Under the pieces are notes generated by a model that had not been told where the DNA came from, made no database searches, and saw only the letters and a program-made list of their open reading frames with translations. A DNA stretch of 64,000 nucleotides from NCBI GenBank assembly GCA_965223795.1, contig CBDCXL010000002.1, positions 1,888,001-1,952,000 on the forward strand, read 5' to 3'. The stretch is from Nitrospinales bacterium (GTDB lineage: Bacteria; Nitrospinota; Nitrospinia; Nitrospinales; VA-1). Below, piece after piece: positions 33,650 to 42,805 of this stretch. Both the position numbers and the translations under genes were made by a program. Positions within the stretch are counted from its first letter, which is position 1. Each line of letters begins with the position of its first letter.

Positions 33650-33793
33650 TTAGATATAGGGAAGCACGAAGTGGTAGACAGCTCCCACAGCGCAGGTGAG
33701 GTAGAAGAGGACGCCCAGCCAGTTCCACAGAGTCTCTTTCAAGGGACGCGGTTTGGCGGAGGCGTTGTTTTCGGTTGAGGGAGTCGGGCTCAT
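33650..33793 (-). CDS. Small single-TM hypothetical protein
   Basis: MSPTPST ... WNWLGVLFYLTCAVGAVYHFVLPYI. Confidence 0.45.
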   Translation of the reverse strand: MSPTPSTENNASAKPRPLKETLWNWLGVLFYLTCAVGAVYHFVLPYI

Positions 33794-33979
33794 GCGGGGG
33801 TTGTCGAAACGCATTGCTGGTTTTTGAGTGTGTGTTATTGTAACGATCTTTGGGAAAACCTCCAATCAATTTGTGCGGTGTTTCGGGTTGCCGGAATTCA
33901 CCGGGACCGTCTGCGGTTTTTGCCGGGCTTCCTGAGTCTTCCGGAAGTGTGGTTTAGAATCGAAGGATCGTGAAAACGT

Positions 33980-34363
33980 ATGGGACTGTTAGACTGGTTC
34001 GAAAGCAAGGCCATGCGGCAGTACAAAGCGCGGGTGGCGCAAAATCCCGACGACGCGGAGGCGCATTTTTATCTGGGCGCGGCCTATGAAGAAAAAGGGA
34101 ATGCCCGCAAGGCGATCCAGGAATTCAGAGAGGCCCTGAGAATCCACCCCAAATCCGCGGAAGCGCACTTCAACCTGGGGGTCCTGTACGAGAGCCTCAA
34201 CGAAGGCAAACCGGCGGTGTATCACATTCTGAAGGCGGGCAACCTGTTCGGTGAAAAGGGGGACATGAAAAACAAGGAAAAGGCCCGCAAACGGCTGCGC
34301 GAGTATTACCAGAAATTCGGGTTCACGCCCGAAGACGCTGAAAACATGGAGGGTCCCTCTTAA
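33980..34363 (+). CDS. TPR protein
   Basis: PDDAEAHFYLG and PKSAEAHFNLG repeats. Confidence 0.85.
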   Translation: MGLLDWFESKAMRQYKARVAQNPDDAEAHFYLGAAYEEKGNARKAIQEFREALRIHPKSAEAHFNLGVLYESLNEGKPAVYHILKAGNLFGEKGDMKNKEKARKRLREYYQKFGFTPEDAENMEGPS

Positions 34364-34824
34364 GGCCCGAGCTGGCGGATGGCTTCATACACGACAATGC
34401 TGACCGCGTTGGCCAGATTGAGCGACCGGACCCGGTCGTCGTACTGCGGGATCCGGAACACCTGATTCGCCGGGTTTTCCCGCACGGCCTCACTCAACCC
34501 CTCCGTCTCGTTGCCAAAAAACAGATACGACCCCGGTTCAAACCGGTGCCGGTAGAACACGGTTTGCGCCTTGGTGGAAAAAAACACTCGGGGAGCTTCC
34601 TTCGGGATTGCTTTCATGAATGCGGAAAAGGTTTCGTGCTGTTTCACCGTCACGTGCTTCCAATAATCGAGTCCCGCGCGCTTGAGCTGGGAGTCATTGA
34701 TTTCAAAGCCTAAAGGTCCGATCAAATGCAGGGTGGAACCGGTCGCCAGGCAAAGTCTGCCAATGGAGCCGGTGTTCACCGGAATTTTGGGTTCCACAAG
34801 AACCACTTGCAGGTTGTGCGGCAT
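34360..34824 (-). CDS. trmL: tRNA (cytidine/uridine(34)-2'-O)-methyltransferase
   Basis: PKIPVNTGSIGR, LKRAGLDYW, FGNETEGL and RSLNLAN motifs. Confidence 0.95.
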   Translation of the reverse strand: MPHNLQVVLVEPKIPVNTGSIGRLCLATGSTLHLIGPLGFEINDSQLKRAGLDYWKHVTVKQHETFSAFMKAIPKEAPRVFFSTKAQTVFYRHRFEPGSYLFFGNETEGLSEAVRENPANQVFRIPQYDDRVRSLNLANAVSIVVYEAIRQLGP

Positions 34825-35046
34825 CGTTTTGTTGTTTGACAGAGGGTAAAATTAAATTTGCGCTATTCCGGTGTGCAGCCTAAATTTTGAACAGTTTCTT
34901 CCGGATCACCCGGAGGGCGCAGATCATTCATATTTTGCGAAAGGCCCCCATACTTTCAAATTCCGGTCTATAGTGTACCGCAGTCGCAGGATGTCAGGAA
35001 TAAACCGGCACGAATTCCTTGTGAACCACTCAGAAGGAGGTTGTCC

Positions 35047-35490
35047 ATGGGCACCAAGCATGTTCCGCACCACTTTTCCAAAAAAAATGAAGAACATCTT
35101 GAAGAAATCGGCGATTACATGAAATCCCCCCCGATCAGCGTCGACGTAAAGTCCTCTGTGAAGGAAGCGGCGGAGGTCATGCACGACAAGCTCATCGGAT
35201 CGTTGCTGATCAAAGACGGCGAGGAATTTGTCGGCATCATGACCGAAACGGATATCTCCCGGAAAGTGGTTGCCACTGGGTTGAAGGCGGACTCCACCCC
35301 GGTTTCCGAGGTGATGACGCATCCGATTCTCTCGATGGATATTGCCACAAGGGTTGAGCAGGCGAACATCTACATGGCGAACCACAAAGTGCGGCACCTC
35401 GGTGTGACACGGGATGACAAGATCGTGGGCATCCTTTCGGTGCGAGACCTGGTGTCGTTTTTTGCCAACCCGAGGATGCGGACCTGGTGA
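35047..35490 (+). CDS. Stand-alone CBS-pair protein
   Basis: IGDYMKSP, VGIMTETD, VRHLGV and VGILSVRDL; AGGAGG RBS before ATG 35047. Confidence 0.9.
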   Translation: MGTKHVPHHFSKKNEEHLEEIGDYMKSPPISVDVKSSVKEAAEVMHDKLIGSLLIKDGEEFVGIMTETDISRKVVATGLKADSTPVSEVMTHPILSMDIATRVEQANIYMANHKVRHLGVTRDDKIVGILSVRDLVSFFANPRMRTW

Positions 35491-35571
35491 ATGGATGTCA
35501 GCGCCTTGATTTATTGCGAACGCATTCAACGGAGAAACTGCAATATTCTCTCAACCTGACAGGAGTCAATA

Positions 35572-36015
35572 ATGAAAAACGATCACAACGACCAATTACC
35601 GGGTGAGTCGGACCTTCTTCTGGAAGAAATCGGGGACTACATGAGTTCGCCGGTGCTGACCGTGGATTCCCAGGCATCGGTTCAGGAAGCTGCTCAATAC
35701 ATGCATGCGAGCAATGTCGGCTGTCTTCTGGTGCAGGAATTCGACAACTACATCGGGATCCTGACGGAATCGGACCTGACCCGCAAAGTCGTCAGTAAGG
35801 GGCTCAATTCCGAATCGATACAGGTGTCTTCCATCATGTCGAAACCTTTGCACAAGCTGGACCGGTTCCTGCCGGTGGAGGAAGCCAACGAATTCATGCA
35901 CAAAAACAAAATCCGCCACATTGCGGTCACCGAGGAAGACAAGGTCGTGGGCGTTCTTTCGGTCAAGGACCTTGTGGCCTATTACGCAAAGTCCTCTTTC
36001 CGCATGAACGAATGA
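35572..36015 (+). CDS. Stand-alone CBS-pair protein (tandem paralog)
   Basis: IGDYMSSP, IGILTESD, IRHIAV and VGVLSVKDL. Confidence 0.9.
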   Translation: MKNDHNDQLPGESDLLLEEIGDYMSSPVLTVDSQASVQEAAQYMHASNVGCLLVQEFDNYIGILTESDLTRKVVSKGLNSESIQVSSIMSKPLHKLDRFLPVEEANEFMHKNKIRHIAVTEEDKVVGVLSVKDLVAYYAKSSFRMNE

Positions 36016-36099
36016 GGTTCACCCTGCCAGGGTTTGCCGGCATCCGTTTTTTCGACCTGGATTTCTAAGATCCCGCTTCGATGTGAGTTCGGAGCGGGA

Positions 36100-38520
36100 T
36101 CATTCTTGTGCGTCGGTGGGCTGGTTCTGCGCGGTTTTCGGCGAGGATGCATTGGGATTGCCGATATCGAACAGCGCCGGAAGCATGAACAGCGCGCTGA
36201 TGGTGCAGGTGATGATGCCCAGCTCGACGAGGGTCGCGATGGAGCGGATACCATTGTGAGAGGAAATGTTGAGGCTCACATAACCCGCCAGGCTGGTTCC
36301 TGCGCAAAGCAATATGGCGCTGCCGGTTTCCTTGACGGACTCGATGGTGCTTCGCTTCGGGTTGTCGAGGATGTGGTGTGCGAGATAGATGCAATGGTCG
36401 ATCATGATTCCGACGATCGAAGGCAGCATGACGAAATTGATGAAATTGAGCTTGACGTGAAACACGCTCATCAATGCCCCGGTCAGAGCCAGTCCCAGAA
36501 ATAAGGGCAGGAAGGTATTCAACGCCAGCCGCAGACTCTGCAGATCGATCACCAGGATGAGCAGCACGAGGCCCATGGCGATCCCCAGCGCCTTGGGCCC
36601 TTTTTCTTTCACCCAGTCCAGAATCTCGGCAGCGAGGAGATTTTCGTTCAGGATGGCGGTCTCGATGTCGTACTGCTTCAGATGCTCCTTGAGCGCGAGG
36701 ATTTCATCCTCCAGCTTGTAGATATTGCGCACATCGAAAAAATTCTTGTCGGCGGGGGAGTACATCAGCAGTATGTATTCGTCCTCGATGGTGAACTTTT
36801 TGCGCAGGATTTCAGGCACGGCATTTTCATCAAACGGTTTGCTGTAGATCAGTTTTTTCAGTTTTTCGAATCTCCGCTTACCCAGGGACAGTTGAATGAT
36901 GTCCTCGTTTTCCTCAAACACTTCGCGGATCCGTTTCAACACTTCTTTTTTGGATTCATATTCCTTTTTGCTGAACAGGTTCAGCGACAGATGCAGGCCG
37001 ATCGTTGAATCCTTTTCGTTTTCGTATTTGATCTTCTCCAGCGCCTGATGGATGTAAAAAAGGTTTTCTTTTTTCGGCGTCAGGATGACCGTGGGCGAGA
37101 AGGCATAACCGAAATCGTTCGTGCTCGCGGTTTCGTAATCCGCGGCGGGCGAATGGCCGCGCAGCTCCTGAAAATCGTATTCGAATTTGAGTCCGGGGAG
37201 CAGCAGGGCGCTTCCTGTCATCAGCAGGATGAACAGCAGGATCAAAAACCAGGGAGAGGAAGAATACAGATTTGAAATTTTCAGCGTGAACACGCGCGGT
37301 CGGGGTTTTCTCAGCCAGTGGACTTTGTCGTAGAAAAGCACCTGAGCGGGAAAAATAAAAAAATAAGTGATGAAGGCGCACAGAATTCCCATGACCGCGA
37401 TCTTGCCGAATTCCGAAAATCCCTTGAAATCGGAAAAGACCAGGATCGAAAACACGCTGATCGTGGTCAGCATGGCGATGACGCTGGAACGGCCGACCTG
37501 GGTCATCACGGTTTCGACGGCATCGCGGATCGTGCGGCCTTTGAGCAGCTCCTGTTTGAAGCGGATGTACAAATGGATGCCATAGTCCACGCCGAGGCCC
37601 ATGAGGATGGCCACCAGGAACCCGGATATGATGTTGACGTGCCCTATGAAAACTTTGGTGAGCGCGAAGGTGTAGGACAGAGACAACAGCAAGGGCACGA
37701 TGATGAGCGGGATGGAAAAACCCGATCGGGTGTACAGGACGATGATCAGGGTCGCCAGCGTGGCGGCGAGCAGGGCGGCTTTTTTCAGATCGCGCACCAC
37801 GGTTTCGTTTTCTTCCAGACGCACCATCAGCGAACCGGTGAAATGAATCTTCAGGCCGGGCGCGTGCTTGTAGAGATTGAGCTGTTCGATCTTCTGGTTG
37901 ATGTAGAAAACGAAATAGGAAGTGAAGTCGGTGTCGGTGACCGTTCCCTGGGGCTGGACGAAGATGTAATAATTCTGCTTTTTGCGCCCTTTGTAATGAG
38001 GGTCGATGTCTTCGAAAATCTGGTACTTGTCCGCCAGTTTTTTGAGCGCGTCCGGATTGAAATCTTCCGGGTCGAGGGTGAAAAAGCCCGACAACTGGCC
38101 GCGCGCGTAGTCGATGGCTTCGTCCATGAGATCCTCCAGTTTCATGAGGTCCCGTAGCGGCGCCATGTACAGTTGGTGGTTGTCGATGAAATCCTTGGGA
38201 ATCTTGGAATCGACGTAACGGACTTCCGGCAGGCTTTCCAGACCGAGCGTGAGCCGTTCGATCACTTTCGGCGCTTTTCTCGGATCCAGGTTTTCCAGCA
38301 CCAGCACCAGCGGTCCCGATCCGCCGATCTTCTCGACCACGTGATTGAACTCTTTGATGAGTTCCAGCTCCTGCGGCAGGAGATTGTCCATCCTGGGGTT
38401 GTAGCTCAGCTGGGAGGCGGTCCGTATCGAGAGCACACACAATACCAGCGCCAGGAGGATGAGCACGCCGGGGTGACGGACGGTGATGTTGAGGAAACAC
38501 CATCTAAGAACGGATTTCAC
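36100..38520 (-). CDS. MmpL-family RND lipid transporter
   Basis: Two-fold 1TM+periplasmic loop+5TM architecture; MGLGVDYGIH and GIMIDHCIY TM motifs; start overlaps the upstream gene. Confidence 0.9.
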   Translation of the reverse strand: MKSVLRWCFLNITVRHPGVLILLALVLCVLSIRTASQLSYNPRMDNLLPQELELIKEFNHVVEKIGGSGPLVLVLENLDPRKAPKVIERLTLGLESLPEVRYVDSKIPKDFIDNHQLYMAPLRDLMKLEDLMDEAIDYARGQLSGFFTLDPEDFNPDALKKLADKYQIFEDIDPHYKGRKKQNYYIFVQPQGTVTDTDFTSYFVFYINQKIEQLNLYKHAPGLKIHFTGSLMVRLEENETVVRDLKKAALLAATLATLIIVLYTRSGFSIPLIIVPLLLSLSYTFALTKVFIGHVNIISGFLVAILMGLGVDYGIHLYIRFKQELLKGRTIRDAVETVMTQVGRSSVIAMLTTISVFSILVFSDFKGFSEFGKIAVMGILCAFITYFFIFPAQVLFYDKVHWLRKPRPRVFTLKISNLYSSSPWFLILLFILLMTGSALLLPGLKFEYDFQELRGHSPAADYETASTNDFGYAFSPTVILTPKKENLFYIHQALEKIKYENEKDSTIGLHLSLNLFSKKEYESKKEVLKRIREVFEENEDIIQLSLGKRRFEKLKKLIYSKPFDENAVPEILRKKFTIEDEYILLMYSPADKNFFDVRNIYKLEDEILALKEHLKQYDIETAILNENLLAAEILDWVKEKGPKALGIAMGLVLLILVIDLQSLRLALNTFLPLFLGLALTGALMSVFHVKLNFINFVMLPSIVGIMIDHCIYLAHHILDNPKRSTIESVKETGSAILLCAGTSLAGYVSLNISSHNGIRSIATLVELGIITCTISALFMLPALFDIGNPNASSPKTAQNQPTDAQE

Positions 38521-39370
38521 TTTGGATCACCCATCGGTGTGCGATTAGCGTGAGTATCAGCTGCAGGGCCATGAGAACGGCCAGCAGGGGAAGCGCCTGA
38601 CGCAGCAGGCCGGTAACTGCAAGCAGGATGAAAATGAAGAGCACGAAGTCGGGGCCATTCCATTTCCACAGCGACATCAAAGGTTTTGCCCGGTTCAGGT
38701 ACGCGGCTCGCTGTTCCTGCGACAGAGGCTGCTGCAAGTCGTGCGCGGCCTGGTCTGTGTCGAAACGATCGAGCGAAACCCAGCGGCCCTGAAACAGAAA
38801 CTGCTGCATCTGCAGATAATAAAAATAAACCACGGACAGGCGGGAACCGGTATCACGGTGTTTGAGATAGGCGTCGAGGATGTCTTTTTTACTGGCGTCG
38901 AAACCTTCCTGGATGACAGAAGTCATGGTCTGCTTGCAGTAATCGTAAGATATGGCCTTGATGATGGTCAGCACCGTGATGGCTGCCAACGACCCGTAAA
39001 GGCCTTTGAGCCCCACCATCATACCGATCACCACCGCAAGATACGAGATGTAACCCGCGATTCCGTCGAGAATTCTGCCCCACTCGCTGGACACGCCCTT
39101 GGCGCGGGCCAGCTGCCCGTCGGCGCAGTCGAGCAACAGGGTGATCTCCAGCAGGACGGCCGCCGCCACCGTGGCGGCGACGGTTCCCCGGCTGAAACCG
39201 TATGCCGAACTCAGGCCGAACAGGATGGACGCGTAGGTCACCTGGTCGGGCGTCACCGGGGTGTTCTTCAAAAGCGATACCAGACGGGCGGCGATGGGAA
39301 CGTGCAGGTACTGGTTGACGGGTTCCACCAGGTGGGTCAGGACATGGCTTTTTTCTTCAGAATGCGCCAC
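38504..39370 (-). CDS. CDP-alcohol phosphatidyltransferase family protein
   Basis: TPDQVT and LDCADGQLARAKGVSSEWGRILDG signature. Confidence 0.92.
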   Translation of the reverse strand: MAHSEEKSHVLTHLVEPVNQYLHVPIAARLVSLLKNTPVTPDQVTYASILFGLSSAYGFSRGTVAATVAAAVLLEITLLLDCADGQLARAKGVSSEWGRILDGIAGYISYLAVVIGMMVGLKGLYGSLAAITVLTIIKAISYDYCKQTMTSVIQEGFDASKKDILDAYLKHRDTGSRLSVVYFYYLQMQQFLFQGRWVSLDRFDTDQAAHDLQQPLSQEQRAAYLNRAKPLMSLWKWNGPDFVLFIFILLAVTGLLRQALPLLAVLMALQLILTLIAHRWVIQSEIRS

Positions 39371-39373
39371 AAC

Positions 39374-40378
39374 TCAAAGCCATCGATGTTCTTTGTACCA
39401 GCCCAGGGTTTGCTCCAACCCTGTTTTTAGATCGTACTTGGGTTGAAACTGATAGTGTTTGAAAAATTTTTCCGCAGAGGCGGTCCAGGTGCTCTGCCGG
39501 ATGTCGATCATTTTCTGCCGGTCCAGCAGGGGCGGCTGCGAGCTGAAGATGGAATAAAATTCGGTGAAGATTCCGATCAGAGGCATCCATTTTTCAGAAA
39601 TGTGAATCGTGCGCGGCTCGATTTTTAAAATCCGGGCTGTCTGCCGCGCCACTTCCGCCCAGGGGTACTCGTTGCCGTCGGTGGTGAAAAATGCGGAACC
39701 GCTTTCTGAGTGTTGTTCCGCGGCGGCAAGCATGGCGTCGATCAGATCCTCAACGTGGATCAGCGACAGCACGCGGTCGCCGGTTCCCATCTCGATGTTC
39801 CAGCCTTTGGCGATGGATTTGAAAAACGTGAAGATGTTTTTCTCGCCCGGTCCGTACACCACAGGCGGGCGCAGAATGACGATGGGAATCGACTCGGCGT
39901 GATGCTTGGCGATGACTTCTCCGGCGAGCTTGGATTTTCCATAGTGCGTCACCGGGTGGCAAGGCGATCCCTCGTGCACCGGGTGCGCGAGGGAGGACGG
40001 CCCGACGGCGGCGAGGCTGCTGAGATGAACGACGCGCTTGAGCTTTTCGGCGTGCTTTACGCAGCTTTCGTACAGGATTTCGCAGGCCTGGGTGTTGGCC
40101 TTGAAATATTCCTCGCGTCCCTTGGCCAGGGTGAGGCCGGCGCAATGGAACAGAAAATCCGCCTGCTTCAGCAGGTCGGCGGGAAGCGGCTCCAGGAGAT
40201 CTCCTGTGGTGAGGTGCACATTGGGCCGCTTGAGCCCCGTGACGTCGCTGGTTTCACGAACCAGGCAATGCACGGTGCACTGACGCGCGACCAGGCGTTC
40301 CACCATGTTTTTGCCGATGAAACCCGTGGCGCCGGTGACGAGGACCGTCGCGCCGTCAATGGAGGCATTCTCGTTCAT
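39374..40378 (-). CDS. Extended SDR (NAD-dependent epimerase/dehydratase fold); putative 3-keto-ceramide reductase (CerR-like by context)
   Basis: TGATGFIG, SSLAA, YGKSK and LRPPVVYGP motifs; located within the spt operon. Confidence 0.75.
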   Translation of the reverse strand: MNENASIDGATVLVTGATGFIGKNMVERLVARQCTVHCLVRETSDVTGLKRPNVHLTTGDLLEPLPADLLKQADFLFHCAGLTLAKGREEYFKANTQACEILYESCVKHAEKLKRVVHLSSLAAVGPSSLAHPVHEGSPCHPVTHYGKSKLAGEVIAKHHAESIPIVILRPPVVYGPGEKNIFTFFKSIAKGWNIEMGTGDRVLSLIHVEDLIDAMLAAAEQHSESGSAFFTTDGNEYPWAEVARQTARILKIEPRTIHISEKWMPLIGIFTEFYSIFSSQPPLLDRQKMIDIRQSTWTASAEKFFKHYQFQPKYDLKTGLEQTLGWYKEHRWL

Positions 40379-41477
40379 AGATGCGGTGCCGCTTGTAGAC
40401 CTTGCTGTTCATTCGATACAACGGAGCCAGCATGGCCTGGTTGTCTTCGAGAACCCAGGACATTTCCACCCGGTGGGCCCGGTGTTCGGTCATCCATTTG
40501 TAGGTTTCGTAGTACAGGCTCACGTCGATCCCCAGACGCTGGAAATCTTTTTTCACGCCCAAAGTCAGCACCCGGTAATCGGTGATCTTTTTTTTGTTGA
40601 GCTGGTATTTCACCAGCCCGACCGGAAACAGTTTCCCGTTCATCGACTTCGTGGCCTGATTCATGTCGGGGATGCACAACGAAAAACCCACGGGCTCGCC
40701 GTTTTTTTCCGCGATGAAGCAGAGGTCGGGCAGGACGATGGTCTTCAGTTCCCTGGCGGCAAACGCGAACTCCTTGCGGGTCATCGGCACGAATCCCCAG
40801 TTTCGGCTCCAGGCTGAATTGTACACGTCCCAGATGTGATCGATTTCCTCATCATAGGCGTTCATCCTCAGCGGCCGGATGGAGAAATGGTTTCGCTTGC
40901 GGATCTTGACGATCGCGCGTTCCAGGTAGTTCGGAACTTTAAACGGGCACAGGTACAGAGAGAGCAGGTCCTTGGCTTTTTTCAGGCCCCAGTCCGTCAG
41001 CAGTTTCGAATAATAGGGCGGATTGTAGGGGATGCCGATCATGGGACGTTTGTCGAATCCCTCGACGAGGAGGCCGCACTCGTGGTTGGTGGACAGGTTC
41101 ATCGGACCGATGAGCTTGTCCGCTCCCTGGGAGCGGCACCAGTCGTATGCGGTGTCGAGCAGGAGATTGGCCGTTTTGGCGTCGTCGATGCATTCAAACA
41201 GGCCGAAAAAGCAGACGTTTTCCGAGTGAAACGCGTTGTGGGACCGATCCAAGATCAGCGCAATGCGGCCGACGGGCTCACGCTGGTTGGAAAGGGCGAG
41301 GAACAGATCGACCCGGGCGTGTTCGAAAAAAGGATTGATGCCGGTGTTGAGGAATTTTTTGCGCTCGAAGAGCAGCGGCGGCACCCACAGCGGGTAGTTG
41401 TGGTAGATCTTCCAGGGCAGCCGAATGAATTTCTTTCTGTCGGATTCGGATTCGACCTTTTTTACCGCAAGCAACAT
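40356..41477 (-). CDS. GNAT-fold acyltransferase, putative bacterial ceramide synthase (bCerS-like)
   Basis: WVPPL ... NPFFEHA ... VGRIA ... FGLFEC ... GPMN ... GLLVEGF ... YNPPYY ... NWGFVP ... SWVLEDN pattern; coupled to spt by a TAATG overlap. Confidence 0.75.
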   Translation of the reverse strand: MLLAVKKVESESDRKKFIRLPWKIYHNYPLWVPPLLFERKKFLNTGINPFFEHARVDLFLALSNQREPVGRIALILDRSHNAFHSENVCFFGLFECIDDAKTANLLLDTAYDWCRSQGADKLIGPMNLSTNHECGLLVEGFDKRPMIGIPYNPPYYSKLLTDWGLKKAKDLLSLYLCPFKVPNYLERAIVKIRKRNHFSIRPLRMNAYDEEIDHIWDVYNSAWSRNWGFVPMTRKEFAFAARELKTIVLPDLCFIAEKNGEPVGFSLCIPDMNQATKSMNGKLFPVGLVKYQLNKKKITDYRVLTLGVKKDFQRLGIDVSLYYETYKWMTEHRAHRVEMSWVLEDNQAMLAPLYRMNSKVYKRHRIYERECLH

Positions 41478-42805
41478 TATTGAGGGATGATTCCCAGTTT
41501 CGTGCCGAATTTATGGAAGGAAGCCAGAATCATGTCCAGCTCCTCGATCGTGTGCGAGGAGGTGTAGCTCGTCCGGATCATCGCGTTGTGCGTGGGGACC
41601 ACCGGCGACACGGCGACGCCCGCGAAGATGCCCTCGTCGAAAAGCAGCTGGTTGAACAGCAGGGTCAGGGCTTCGTCACCGATCTTGATCGGAACGATGG
41701 GAACCGGGTTGTTGTTGACCTGGAATCCCATTTCGAAGAACCCTTTTTTGATGTAGGAGGTGTTTTCGTGCAGACGGGTGAGCCGGAAGGTTTCCCGGTT
41801 CATGATGTCGAGCGCTGCGGTGACTCCCGCGACGGACGCGGGCGGCAGGGCGGCGGTAAAAATGAAAGCCGACGCCTTGTGACGGATGTATTCGGTCACC
41901 TTCTTTTTGGCCGATACAAAACCGCCGATGGATCCCAGGCTCTTGGAGAACGTGCCGACGTAGATGTCGACTTCCTTTTCCAGGTTATAATAATTGGTGA
42001 CCCCCTTGCCGTGGTCGCCCAGAACGCCGAGGCCGTGCGCCTCGTCCACGAGCACCGTGGCCTTGTAGTCCTTCGCCAGTTTGACGATCTCGGGAAGGTT
42101 GGCGATGTCGCCGCTCATGCTGAACACGCTGTCGGTGATGATGAGCTTGCCTTCCACATCGGAATACTTCTTAAGATAGTATTCCAGGTGGTCCATGTCG
42201 TTGTGCCGGTAGCGCACGGTTTTGCCGGGCGAGATGGCACAGCCTTCGTAAATGCTGGCGTGATTCTCGCGGTCGGAAAACGCAACGTCCTTGCGTCCGA
42301 GCAGGCAAGCGATGGTGCCCTGGTTGGCCTGGAAACCGGTGGACATGACGATGGCGTCCTCGCGGTTTAAAAATTTGGAAAGCTCCTTTTCCAGTTTGTT
42401 GTGCAGACTGAGGGTGCCGTTCAAAAACCGGCTTCCGGTGCACCCGGCGCCGAACGTATCGAGCGCTTGCTTGCCCGCCGCGATGACGCGGGGGTCTTTT
42501 GTCAGGCCCAGATAATTGTTGGTGGACACCGTGATGGTTTTCTTGCCGTCGATTCTGACCCGCGACCCGTTCGTTTCCTGTATCTCCCGAAAGAAGGGAT
42601 AAATGCCCAGTTCACGGGCCTGCTCTGGAGCGTTGTAGCTGAAACACTTGGAAAGGATGCTGTTGTCCTTTTCAGACTGAACGCGCAGGTGGGAATTTTC
42701 AAAATCGAACTTCTCCTTGAGCAGAGAAATGATTTTGTTCCGCTTCAAATGAGGAGGGGTTTCCTCCTGGCCCTCGTCTTGGATTGGAAGATGGAAATAT
42801 TTCAC
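41477..42805 (-). CDS. spt: Serine palmitoyltransferase (alpha-oxoamine synthase family, PLP)
   Basis: YPFFR, NNYLGL, GCTGSRFLNGT, NHASI, DEAH and PLP-Lys motif GTFSKS. Start uncertain (GTG 42805; ORF open to 42955). Confidence 0.8.
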   Translation of the reverse strand: MKYFHLPIQDEGQEETPPHLKRNKIISLLKEKFDFENSHLRVQSEKDNSILSKCFSYNAPEQARELGIYPFFREIQETNGSRVRIDGKKTITVSTNNYLGLTKDPRVIAAGKQALDTFGAGCTGSRFLNGTLSLHNKLEKELSKFLNREDAIVMSTGFQANQGTIACLLGRKDVAFSDRENHASIYEGCAISPGKTVRYRHNDMDHLEYYLKKYSDVEGKLIITDSVFSMSGDIANLPEIVKLAKDYKATVLVDEAHGLGVLGDHGKGVTNYYNLEKEVDIYVGTFSKSLGSIGGFVSAKKKVTEYIRHKASAFIFTAALPPASVAGVTAALDIMNRETFRLTRLHENTSYIKKGFFEMGFQVNNNPVPIVPIKIGDEALTLLFNQLLFDEGIFAGVAVSPVVPTHNAMIRTSYTSSHTIEELDMILASFHKFGTKLGIIPQ

